DNA from: Amphiscolops sp. MND2022
Lineage: Eukaryota
NCBI GenBank assembly: GCA_964187785.1
Contig: OZ076415.1
Span: 18,538,001-18,602,000 of the forward strand
Reading direction: 5' to 3'
DNA length: 64,000 nt
Positions within the stretch are counted from its first letter, which is position 1; the number at the start of each line of letters is the position of its first letter. The position numbers were made by a program, and so were the translations under genes. The notes below the pieces were generated by a model that was not told the DNA's origin, ran no database searches, and saw only the letters and a program-made list of their open reading frames with translations. Below, in pieces: positions 9,863 to 21,374 of this stretch.

Positions 9863-10716
9863 ATTAAAAGAAGGTTTTGTTCAATAGTAGATTGTCGAAT
9901 CGAAAGTGTATAACAGAACGGTTTGTATTGAGGTTATCACATTGAATGAATGAATCCGAATTAACTCCTTATATATATACTCCTCCCTGCATGACATCCA
10001 ATATTTGGGGTGTCATTGGGTAAAAATAGTAATGACATCATTATTAAAAATAACTATTACATCACAATTCTAAATATAGCAACTGAGGTGACATATGACC
10101 ACACGTCATAGGTTCTATAAATAGAAGCAACATACTGGTTAATAACAGGTACATGTTAGCGGTGACTTTCATGCAACTACAGATTTAATACTACATGCGT
10201 TAACTAATTGGACCTAACGTCCGCATGACGGCATTGAACTATAACTAAATGTAGCGCCGTGATTGGTTAGAAGCGAAGTGACTACGCGTCAGCTAGACGG
10301 CAGCAGCGTACCAGTTGAACGCGTTTCCTTTCACTTGAATAGTCATCTTGCTTTCTATTGTTATTATCAACGTCAATCAAATTAACTGCTTGTACAGCGT
10401 TTTGCACCTTTTGGTACTAGTTCACATCATTATTATTAATGTAATGCAACAACTAATTTACATAAGATTGTATCAAAATATGATTATTCATGCCGTCAAA
10501 ATGACCTTGAGTCACATTAATAAGACTTCATATTTACATGTAGAGATGAATAAGAATAAATAAATGAACTAAAGTGCATGAGAAGATTGTTAACTAAATA
10601 ATTAACGTATTGCGGAGTTTTCTCTCAAATAGGCAAAACGCCCGGTCCGGGATTAGTGTTATCGTCTTCGGGTCCAACTCGGTATAATATTCCGTCACAG
10701 GCGGCCGCCTGCGACA
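9214..10716 (-). repeat. 5' LTR of Gypsy-A (~1.5 kb)
   Basis: Begins TGTCGCAGGCGGCCGCC like the Gypsy-B LTRs and ends GACA next to the PBS. Confidence 0.85.
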
Positions 10717-10916
10717 CAAGTATTATAACAAAGTATTGCTATCTCGAAATCTGAAGCTAAAAAACTTGATCATGTTATGTTCATGTATTTCATTGAGTTC
10801 TTTAAAAAGTTGCGGGATTTACTAGATGATTCATAGTTCCCACATATTGTTTCTTCAACTTTCATTGGTGTTTCATCTAAATTCAAATACAAACTCTAGT
10901 TGCCTAAAGTTTTATA
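10717..10916 (+). repeat. Truncated 5' LTR of BEL-A
   Basis: Near-identical to 19460-19659; lacks the first 50 nt of the 3' LTR (19410-19459); abuts the Gypsy-A LTR end. Confidence 0.88.
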
Positions 10917-11656
10917 TGGTGGCCATAGAGAGGCACTTTGGCTCATGTTAACTGAGATGTTCGAATAGCTGTTGGCACCCGTATATGTCAACTCAGTGTT
11001 AGTCAACTCGTGGGCGTGGGGAACTCTGGAAGAAGAATCAAGTGGAAACTGGGCAATTAGATGACTGGCACCAGGACAGCATATAACCTACATTGACTCA
11101 TCCCAAGGGCCAGTTCCCACCCTTATCGTCACCCGCGCCTTCCCTTCTTCAAATCCTCAAAACCCGGAAGCACGGAAGACGCCCCTCAAACCCGAGACTA
11201 CTACAAAAAACTGGTTATGTTCAAAAACAAAAAAACAAAAAAGAAGTTTTCATTTGCTGTTTTTGAAAACTTGAAAAAACTTGGTGCTTATTTAATTTCA
11301 TTGCTTCGAGATAGCAAATCCAGATTTGTAACATAAAACAGAAGATAAATTTTAAGGATTCGAAAAAAAAATTTCATATGTGCTATAAAATTAGATTTTT
11401 CGAGCTAGCAAGACTTTTGAAAAAATCAATTCCAGTTATTGAATTTTTGCAAACATAAAAAAAACTTTCCGAGTGATTTATTATTGAAACAGAAAAAAAA
11501 CCACAAGATTTGGGAAAATCTTGAGTAGCTCAATTCGAGCAAACTGTGGTAAAAAAAAGGTGCGCCTTCGATACTTCAATGTTCTGAGAAATTCTTGACT
11601 TTCTTCCAAAAAAAAAAACAAAAAAAAACAAACAAAAAAAAACAAAAATAACACAC

Positions 11657-12271
11657 ATGGTATTCATCTTAGCTGCTAGCTCTTTACACCATGCTTTTGA
11701 AACTTCAACCCCCGAAGAAAAAGAACGTTATAAAGATAAAATCTATTCGATCCCCGGCCTGAGCTTGAACCCATATACAAAAATTCCTCGAAAAATCGTT
11801 CAAAACTTGCTTGCAAAGGATCTCAAAGAGAAAACAGATATAGTTATATGGCATGACGTTTTGAATAATAGTATTTCACGTCATGATAGTAACAATTTTC
11901 AAGCCTTGACTGTGCCGCAATTGATTGATGTGCTAAAAGGACTTCAAGACAAACTCAGTGCTCTGGTTTATTGCCAACGTTTTCGAACGCCGTATATTTT
12001 TGATGCTTTGAATGTTCTGAAAACCGACCATTACATTGAAGTGTTCAGTATCGTGAAAGATTTCATTTCGTCGAAAAAACAAAAGGATCCGGAACTTTTG
12101 AAACAATACAAGGCTTTACACCAGAGTCCTGAGCTTGAATTGAAAAGTCTTGACTTCATTTTACGTAAAGAGAGTCAACTTTCGGCCATCACCGACAAAA
12201 GCCGTCCAAAGAGGCCAAGCAAGCGTGCCCGAAACGCTATCAAAAAAGCATCTTTGCATCCCTCGCATTAA
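11657..12271 (+). CDS. BEL-A upstream accessory ORF, SGNH/GDSL hydrolase-like (inferred)
   Basis: 204-aa open ORF between PBS and gag; homolog in BEL-B (62012-62629). Motifs ILAASSLHH, IPGLSL, IVIWHDVLNN and ALHQ resemble SGNH blocks I, II, III and V. Confidence 0.6.
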   Translation: MVFILAASSLHHAFETSTPEEKERYKDKIYSIPGLSLNPYTKIPRKIVQNLLAKDLKEKTDIVIWHDVLNNSISRHDSNNFQALTVPQLIDVLKGLQDKLSALVYCQRFRTPYIFDALNVLKTDHYIEVFSIVKDFISSKKQKDPELLKQYKALHQSPELELKSLDFILRKESQLSAITDKSRPKRPSKRARNAIKKASLHPSH

Positions 12272-12300
12272 AACCCCGTTTTCGATTGACTGTGGAGACT

Positions 12301-12844
12301 GTGTCCAGACTTCACTGTCTGGTTGAAGTTTCCACTGGTTGTTGCTTGTTTCAGAGTTGTGTCCAGACTTAGTTGTCTGGTTGATACTCTGTAAACTTAT
12401 TCATCCCTTCCTCTCAAAATTATAACGGGGTGCAATTTTTTGATTGGACGAAATTGCAGTAACAATATGATTCAATTTCCTCAAGTACTAGGAATACGTT
12501 TCTATTAAAATTCCAGGCCCACAATTATTTTTTCCGATAGTTACCATTAGCAAAAAATTGCTTTTAGTGTATTAGCTTTTTTTGTTTAATTGATGATTTT
12601 ATAATTCAGTTTTCGTCTGTCAATGTTAGAATAGTGTCCTGACTTGATTGTCCGGTTGAAATCCTGACAGTACACCCCCTTAACAGCATCTCAGAAAACG
12701 AACCTTTAAGTTTTTCGTCGTCGTCCTCGTAGTCCGTGACTACATTCTAATCCGAAACAAATAAAATCGTTTGTTTGTCGGACCCGTCCCGTTCTTTGAC
12801 ACTTAATCTCTTTGTGCTGTGTCCAAACTTCACTGTTTGGTTGA
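12301..12844 (+). repeat. Four copies of a GTGTCCAGAC-N6-GTCTGGTTGA hairpin motif in the BEL-A leader
   Basis: Copies at 12301-12326, 12359-12384, 12634-12659 and 12819-12844; also in BEL-B at 61899-61924 and 61957-61982. Confidence 0.8.
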
Positions 12845-12929
12845 TGCTCAATGAGATTCGGTCAATTACGACACATTTGACAGATTAATCCGGTAATTTT
12901 CTCAAATTCGATCAATACTTGAACTGAAA

Positions 12930-15900
12930 ATGGCGAATCCGGTACAGGAAAAAGTTCAAAAGTGCTTTGAGAGTCGTCTTAAAGCCGAAACCGAGCTGAA
13001 GAAGGTCCAAACTGATATTGTAGACGCTGTTGAACATTCAGAGCGCCATGCTCGCATAGTGCGACTAGTTGAGTCTTGCGAAGCAGCATTGACAAAGGCC
13101 TTCGCTAAAAATGAAAAACTTTTAGAGCTGACTAAGAAGTCCAATGATCCGACTTTGACAACTCTAGACCTGGAGAAATGGTTAAGTGATGTTACTGCGG
13201 AAAATGATGCAATCCTGAAGAAAGCAAGAGACTACATTGATCAATGCCCAGATCAGGACAAAATTTCCCAGAGCTCACGTCAGACAACTACGGTCAAGAG
13301 TAAGTCCAGCAAAGGTACCAGCTCCAAAATATCAAAGACTTCTAGTCAGCGGCAACGCGATCTCATAATCGCGCAACAACGACGTGAAGAGATTGAGAGA
13401 CAGAATGAAGCCACCGTACGCTTGGCGAAGCAGAAACAACAACTCGAACTTGAACAGCAAGAACTAGAAATGCAGAAATTGCGAAAAGAACAGGCTTTGA
13501 GGGTTGAAGAACTAGAAGAAGAAAATCGCCGGAAATTAGCCGAAGCCACCTTAGCCGAAATGGAACTTCGAGATGACTTGTCGGATTCTAATGCTGAATT
13601 TCATGAAAGTTTGTCGCGCTTGGGCGATTCAAGCGAAGGAAAGGAGACAGCGAGGATCAATGACTGGGTCAACAACTCCCCAAGCGGACCCGAAACTGAG
13701 ATGCAGCCCAGCGTTGGAGCTCAAGCCACAACAGCCCCAATTGACACCCTCGGAGTCCAACCAAGACCTCAAAGTCCCCCCAACGACGTTATCGCCCCAG
13801 CTTCGGTAACAGTTCAACCAAGAATACCGGAAGAGAATCCCACGACGACGACTCAAAGAGCAACTATCCACCACCAAGTTTTGCTGCCGCCACCACCACC
13901 TGTACTCTTTAACCCATCACTCACAGTGCCAGTGAGCCATGTGGTATTCCGAACACGTCTGCCTGGAAAATTCCAACTGCAATCAACAACTCTTCCGCAC
14001 AATCAAGCCCGCATTTACCGTCAAACCAAGTGATTCAAGTGACAACAACGAATGCAATATCGAGTGGTGTTCCGGCTCAGCCAGTACCAGCCTTGTAGAG
14101 GAACGGTTTATTACGTACCGCCTCCAGTTGCAACACCAGCTGTTGCCGGTACTACGACTCAACCATCATCTTGGATTCCGAATGCGAGCGCCGCCCCATT
14201 CGTCCCACCTTTTCTTACCGCAGCACCACCTACGAGCTCTGCCAGTTTAACACTACCTGAAGTCGCACAACTTCTAGCGTCAAGTAGAAAAGATCATCTA
14301 CCCGAGTGGAAACTGTCACAGTACAGCGGAGATCCGCTTCAATGGCACGAGTGGTTCGGACAGTTCAAGAGCGCCATTGACTCTGCTCCTCTGTCAGATG
14401 ACGTCAAGCTGACCTACCTCAAAACGTTGGTTGCCGGAAAGGCCAAAGTGGCCATAGCCGAGTTTGCCTACTGCGGAGCTATGTACAAAGATGCACTCAA
14501 AACACTTGAGCGCAAATTTGGCCAACCCCAGGCAGTAGTGACTGCATACTTGGATAAGCTCGCGAATGTCCCACCAGTGAAAATGCACAACAGCGAGAGC
14601 ATCATAAGCTACTCTGCAACTGTCAGTTCGTTAGTTGGTGTATTCCGATCACTCAACTACAACCAGGACCTGTCAAGTGCATCACTACTCGGTCAAGCAG
14701 TTCATAAGCTCCCGCCTAACATGAAGGAGGCTTGGTCGATGCACACCGTGAAGCGTAGTTTAGATCGACCAACACTAATTGACTTCAATGAGTGGTTGAA
14801 AGATAAAGCTGAGGCTCACGAAAGAATGAAAATTGCATCTGGCAAACCAAAGTCGGACGAAAATCCCCAACCAAGTGTCAACAAAACCAAGACAACATCG
14901 AAAGTCTTTGCGGCAACGACCTCAACGAACCAACAAAGCAACAGTTCAAAACCGAAGTCCGACAAACTGCCAAACAATTGTGCAGCGTGTAAAGAGAAAC
15001 ATCCGTTGTGGAAATGTCCGGTGTTTCGCAAGAAAACTCCCACTGAAAGAGCAAAACTAGTTGCCGACAATAAACTTTGCTTCTCATGTTTCAACGCCAA
15101 CCATTCCTTCCGACAATGCCCGCAACCGCGCAAATGTAGTAAAGAGGGCTGTGAAAGCACTCACAACACGTTTCTACACGGAGCCGACCGGATCTTCCCG
15201 AGTAAGAACCAAGTAACGAAGCAACGAAGTCCTGAAACCTCCACCTGCATCGGAACAACAAAAATAAAGGACCAGGTCAAAGAAAGTTCGGGTTTAGCTT
15301 CCGTGACGAATGTTAAAGGTCTTCTTCAAATTACAGAAGTTGAGTTGCATTCTGCTGGGGAGTCGAAGAAAGTTTTAGCTCTTTGCGACTCAGCCTGTAG
15401 CCATACTTGGATTTCCGCAAGTTTGGCTAGCAAACTGAAAGTCCAAGGAACACCGATAAAACTGACCGTTCATGGGATCAACTCCCAGCAAATAGTTGAT
15501 ACACAAATGGTAGAACTCAAGTTGACACCGGTTCATTCGGGTGGCTCTTGTTCTCCCTTTACAATCAAACCTTACGTGAGAGACAACCTCAGTGTAGGCA
15601 CCGATACTATTGACGTGGACCGCATGAAAATCAAGTACCCTCACTTAGAATCAGTACCTTTACACAAGTACAGCTACGCCGACGTTGACATGATCCTGGG
15701 TCAGGACGTGTTTCACTTTATCCGCCCGCTGGAGTATTTTGATTCCGACTGCAAAAATGCTCCAGTTGCCGTCCGTCTTCCGTTGGGCTGGGTATTAAGT
15801 GGACCTATTCCAGCGACTTCAGGAATAATCTCAACGTGCTTCAAAGCTGTTACGAGTAACAAAGACGCTGATTCCGAGCTCGTCGACCAACTCCGCAGCT

Positions 15901-18900
15901 GGTATGATATGGAATCATACGGAGCGATGAAACAAGTGGACTCCCGTTCCGCAGCCGACGCGAGAGCGGAGAAGATCCTTGAGGAAACGACTTACCACGA
16001 TGGAACTCGGTATCAAGTGGGTATGCTATGGGCTGACGATGAAAGTAGTTTACCGAACAACTACTTTTCGGCTCTCGTTCAGCTGAAATCTTTAGAACGC
16101 CGTCTAGGGAAAGACGTTGACTTGAGAGAACGATACTCAAAAACATCCAAGGCGACTTTTCGAAAGGTTATATAGTGCGCGTTGACAAGACTGACTGCTT
16201 CAAAGTTAGTAACTCCCGTGAATGGTATCTCCCACACCACCCGGTCATCCATCCGAACAAACCAGGTAAAGTTCGACGAGTGTTGAATGGCGCGGCCAAA
16301 TTTCAAGGCTCCTCATTGAACAATGCACTTTTAACGGGACCAGATCTTCTACAAAGCCTCATTCATATCCTGATTCGATTTCGACAATACCCGTACGCTG
16401 TGTCTGCAGACATTGAAGGAATGCTTCTCCAAGTTGGGGTAATTCCAGACGACAGGCCGTCACTTCGTTTTTTGTGGCGCGAGGACCCAGCTGCAGAAGT
16501 TGCTGTGTTCCAGTAAGTTCGTCATATCTTTGGATCTAAAGACTCTCCCACCTGTGCGAACTATGCCTTGAGACGAACAGCGACTGACAATGCATCCCAG
16601 TTCCCCGAAGCTGCCCAAAGTGTCATCAACAATTTCTACATGGATGACTACTTAGAACCCAGCCCAACCATTGAAGAAGCTACCCGAAAAGCTAAAGATC
16701 TGGCGAAATTGCTTTCACTACGTGGTTTCAAACTGACAAAGTTCGTCTCAAACGTGCCTACTATCCCGCCACAAGTAGAAACCAACTCCACATCACCAAC
16801 TGAAACGAAAGAAACAAAAGAAATCCCGAGCACCGAAGAATCGTCACATGTCTTGGAATTAAAGTGGAACCACAGTAGCGACACTCTTGTAGTCAGTCGT
16901 GGTACGAACCCTGAAGTCAAGCCGAAAGTAACTCAAAGAATCGTTTTGAGTTTAGTCTCTTCAGTGTACGATCCGATCGGACTTGTCGCGCCGTATACCG
17001 TCAAAGCGCGACTACTGCTAAAAGACATCTGGAGGTTAAGTGGACAACAATGGGATGACGACTTACCGCCGGAGGTTGTATCCATGTTCCTTGACTGGAG
17101 TGAAGAACTACTAGCTCTTAGCGACAGGGTCATTCCACGAGCGTATTTCCAGGGAAAAGTCAAAAATTTGGAACTTCACCTATTTGGCAATAGTTCACAA
17201 GATGTGTTCAGCGCTGTCGCTTTCCTACGTGCCAAGGTTGTCAAGAAAGAAAACCAAGAGCAAACACAACTCGCCTTCGTGTTTGGGAAAGCCAGAGTGG
17301 CACCCATGAAAGCCCTGACAATCCCAAAACTTGAACTACAGGCCTCGTTACTAGCAGCAAGGTTTCGGAAAGAAGTTGAGAAAGCATTGACACTGGAGAT
17401 TAGCAAGACTTTCATGTGGTCCGACAGCACAACTGTCTTGCAGTGGATACATTCTCTGGACAAACAGCCAGTTTTCGTTGCGAACCGCGTGGCGGAGATT
17501 TTGGATCTTACCACGGCCGACGAGTGGAATTACGTTAAATCCAGTGAAAACCCCGCCGATGCAGGCACGCGAGGCCTGTCAGCAAAAACGTTGTTAGACA
17601 GCAGTTGGCTCAAAGGACCGGAGTTTCTGAAAACATCCGACTGGCCATTCAAGCCACCAGAACCTGCAAAATTTAAACTGAAACCTGACATTAACGACAA
17701 GAGTACAGAAAAGCTTTCCCCCAAAGATGAGACTTCTCTCAGTTCCAATGCGGACATCAACACATCAACTTTCGAGTGGCAAATGTATAGCTCTTTCGAG
17801 AAACTTTTGCGTATTGTGGCCTACCTGATGCGTCTCATACCAAAAAATGAGGCCTACCGCTCCGAGACAGGTACCATCACGGACCCAAGTGAACTTGAGA
17901 ATGCACAAACGAAGCTTTTCTATCTGGTGCAATTAGAATCATTCCCCATAGAAAAGAAGCTACTGCTGAAGAATTCCCCTTTCAGTGGTACCTCTAAACT
18001 ACTACAGTTCTCCCCTTCAATTGGACCCAAAGGTTTACTTCGAGCAACTGGCAGAACAAAACAACTTGACGTATCTAGTTTTGACGCGAAGCATCCCGTC
18101 TTACTGGACGGTCGCCATCCAGTTACACGTTTATTCCTGGAACAATTACACCAATCCCATTGTCATCAAGGTGTGGACTACTTGAGGGCGTTGGTGCAGC
18201 AACAGTTCGCCATCGTCAAGCTTAGAACCACCTTGAGATCAATAGTTCAGAGATGTGTAACTTGTCGCAAACGTCGAGCTGAGACTATGGCTGACCTTCC
18301 ACGAGAAAGACTTGCCTTCAAGGAGCTACCGTTTACCAACACTGGCGTAGACTACTTTGGTCCATTCTACGTTTCCGTGAAAAGATCAACTGAGAAAAGA
18401 TGGGGATTCCTTTTCACTTGTTTGACTACACGAGCTGTACACTTCGAAGTTGTGCCTTCTATGGACACTAGCAGCTGTGTAATGGGAATCGAGAGGTTTA
18501 CGGCCCGCCGGGGTATCCCATCAGTTCTATGGTCAGACAACGGAACCAACTTTATTGCCAGTGAAAAAGAACTCCTACAGAACATTTCCAGTTGGAACCA
18601 ACATGTCTTATCTGAAACTCTCGTCAAGAAACGTATTCTCTGGAGGTTCAACCCACCTAGTGCCCTCACCATGGAGGAATCTGGGAACGACTGGTCAGAA
18701 GTTTCAAACACGTTTTCTACGCTGTTCTTGGGAACAGGAGCCTAACTGACGAGATCTTGACAACAACGTTTTGCCTTGTTGAGCAAAGTCTGAATGCACG
18801 ACCGTTAGTACCAGCTAGCCCCGATGCCACGGATTTGGACGCTCTGACTCCAAACCACTTTTTGCTAGGAACTGCGGGTTCCGTTCTACCATCGCATCAG

Positions 18901-19236
18901 CGTACTGAAATTGACCATCGAAAGCGCTATGTGCGTGCACAAGCCTACTCCGACGCCATATGGAATCGATGGTTGAAAGAATATGTGCCTCCGCTCAATA
19001 GACGTTCGAAATGGTCCAACCAGCCGGAGAGACAGCTTAAGACCGGAGACCTAGTTTGGATCGTCGAGCCAACGAGTCCAAGAGGACACTATCCACTAGC
19101 CCGAGTTGTGAAGTTGAACTTTGGAAGCGATGCCATTGCACGTTCCGCTGAAGTAAAGACCAGTACAGGTCGTCTTGTTCGTCCCGTTGTGAAGTTATGT
19201 CCCGTCCTACCTGTGCCTGATTCCGCATCATATTAG
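12930..19236 (+). pseudogene. BEL-A gag-pol polyprotein, disrupted
   Basis: Gag LPEWKLSQYSGDPLQW, three Cys/His knuckles, ALCDSACS protease, WYLPHHPV and YMDD RT, IPKLELQA and NPADAGTRG RNase H, GVDYFGP and SDNGTNF integrase. Frameshifts near 13930, 14090, 16160 and 18660; stop at 16514-16516. Confidence 0.93.
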
Positions 19237-19409
19237 TTTCGTTATCCACTCCCGAGAATTTGATAGCATTTGTTTAGTATGTATCACTGAAGCAATATAA
19301 CATTTACCATGTAATCTGAACATCTATGTAAACCGTTTTTGTGTATTTGAAAAGAAAAGATTTCTTTTTCGTTTGAAAAAAAAATCTTCATCTTCTCGGG
19401 CCCGGAGGA

Positions 19410-19661
19410 TGTTGTGTTCACAATATGGACAGATTAAAATTAACCAAAAATTCCTTTTTCAAGTATTATAACAAAGTATTGCTATCTCGAAATCTGAAGC
19501 TAAAAAACTTGATCATGTTATGTTCATGTATTTCATTGAGTTCTTTAAAAAATTGCGGGATTTACTAGATGATTCATAGTTCCCACATATTGTTTCTTCA
19601 ACTTTCATTGGTGTTTCATCTAAATTCAAATACAAACTCTAGTTGCCTAAAGTTTTATACA
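19410..19661 (+). repeat. 3' LTR of BEL-A
   Basis: TGTTG...ATACA directly after the PPT; matches the 5' LTR remnant. Confidence 0.85.
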
Positions 19662-19859
19662 GCCAGCTAATGTTTTAAAATTAGAAAAGGAAAAACTGAT
19701 TGAGTTGAATCCTGTCCTGGAAAACAATATCACAATATTCAGAGCCAAAACTCGAATTGAAGTTTGAAAACTTCAGTAGGTCTATCTAAATTTACATTTT
19801 TCTGGAGCTCGTTTGATTCATTCCAGTTCAAGGTCCAAAAAAAGTGATCAACCCTATTC

Positions 19860-20897
19860 GGCTCTTTTCTGTTCCCCCCCCCACCACCAAAATTTTTGAA
19901 AATAACTTTCCCTAAAAACTTTAGACTAGCCTAATTAAAAGTAAAACCTTCTTTCATAACAGGAAGTTAGTTTTTATTGAAGTAGTTTTCCGCTTGAACA
20001 AAAGATTGTTCACACATTTTGACAATAATTATGTTCGTATTTAGTGTTTATTGATGACTCAAAAAAGCAGCAAAAATGCGTGACTAAATAGGGAAAAAGT
20101 GTGAAGAAAGTTTGTATCTGAATCCTGAACTATCACCGCGAGAATAAATTTAAAACTGAACTTTTCTAGTTTGTCTTCAAGTCGATTTTTTATAAGATTA
20201 TCACAAATTTTCAAAATTACTGAGATAAATTAAAATATGTATCATACTTCTGTATTGCTCGTAATCTACTACTGTATTTTGTGTTTAATTGGATGTGTTT
20301 TAATCTAGTTCTATGATAAGAAACTATGATAATTTCATTGAATTCAAACTTTTGGAGCCTTCAGAAGTGCTGATTAAACGAGGTACATATTTCGCGATAT
20401 CTTGCAGTGGAATCCACTGTTAAAAACAGCAGGTGTCAAAAACTGCGGAATTCGCTTGCACAACAGCGGAATCCACTGGTGCTGTTGCGGAATCCGCTGT
20501 CGCACCAGTGGATTCCACTGTTTTTTCTTTTACATTACGAAAGCTTGTCCTTGGAATCCACTAATTTTATGCTGTGTATTAATATGTGACCCCGGATTCC
20601 GGTACAGCGACTGTGGAATCCACTGTTGCTAATATAATAATATATGCCTCTGAATTCCACCAAAAACTCAATGTAAAGAGATTTGTCCCCGGAATCCAGA
20701 AAACATTGCAAGCGGAATCCGCTGCACATGTTATAAAGTGTGTCTTTGAAATCCGTCATTTTAAACAGCGGATTCCAGGTCTGGTAGGTGCTACCTGCGG
20801 TTAGCAGTCAATTCCGCAGTTTTCAATAAGTGTAGGGATATGCGTCGTAATGTTCCAAAAAAAATTGGTGGTGGGGGGGGGGAAACAGAAAAGAGCC
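19860..20897. mobile_element. Non-autonomous TIR DNA transposon (MITE-like) with 8-bp TSD
   Basis: Imperfect TIRs of about 38-41 bp (GGCTCTTTTCTGTT-C9-ACCACC-AATTTTT) at 19860-19897 and 20857-20897; flanks CCCTATTC (19852-19859) and CCCTATTT (20898-20905). Confidence 0.75.
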
Positions 20898-21050
20898 CCC
20901 TATTTTAACCAACGTTGGGACAACAAGTAAACCAGAGTAAACTGTTTGAGCTCTGTGCGGTTTCTGATAGAATCATACATCATCATTCATAATTGGTCTG
21001 AATATTGCACTAGATCTGATCAGCTATCACCGAACATTCCGAGTTCAAAC

Positions 21051-21374
21051 ATGGCACAGCCACCATCGTCAGGAGTCCAAATAGCAGCTGGGGGTAATCA
21101 ATTCCTCTATGGTGTGCAACCAGTGGTACAACGTCAGTCCTTGGATTCTTCAGGGGGCTCTTCTGACTTTATGGCTGGTTTGGGCAATTCCAATCTGAGT
21201 GCCGGTTCGAATGTCAGTGGATACAGTGCCTCTTCAGGCAGCAACCAAGATGCACAAAACGCGTCAACTGGCAGTGGGTACAACCCTGACAGCAACACCG
21301 CTGGTGTGAATCAAAGCTCATCAAGCGGGGGTACTAGAGTCAGCCAGATGTCGAAGTATTCGGATTCACCGTGA
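21051..21374 (+). CDS. Possible host-gene exon, Gly/Ser/Gln-rich
   Basis: GC-richer open frame MAQPPSSGVQ...; possible donor GTGAGG at 21371; no recognisable domain. Confidence 0.3.
   Translation: MAQPPSSGVQIAAGGNQFLYGVQPVVQRQSLDSSGGSSDFMAGLGNSNLSAGSNVSGYSASSGSNQDAQNASTGSGYNPDSNTAGVNQSSSSGGTRVSQMSKYSDSP

Larger units (their letters stand above)
1..10716 (-). mobile_element. Ty3/Gypsy LTR retrotransposon Gypsy-A (3' end outside window)
   Basis: 5' LTR 9214-10716 (TG...CA on minus strand), PBS immediately downstream, gag with two CCHC knuckles, pol in PR-RT-RH-IN order, and an antisense accessory gene homologous to that of Gypsy-B. Confidence 0.95.
10717..19661 (+). mobile_element. BEL/Pao LTR retrotransposon BEL-A (decayed; 5' LTR interrupted by Gypsy-A)
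   Basis: Direct repeat 10717-10916 = 19460-19659; PBS TGGTGGCCATAGAGAGG at 10917-10933; PPT GGGCCCGGAGGA at 19398-19409; BEL-type gag-pol. Confidence 0.93.
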
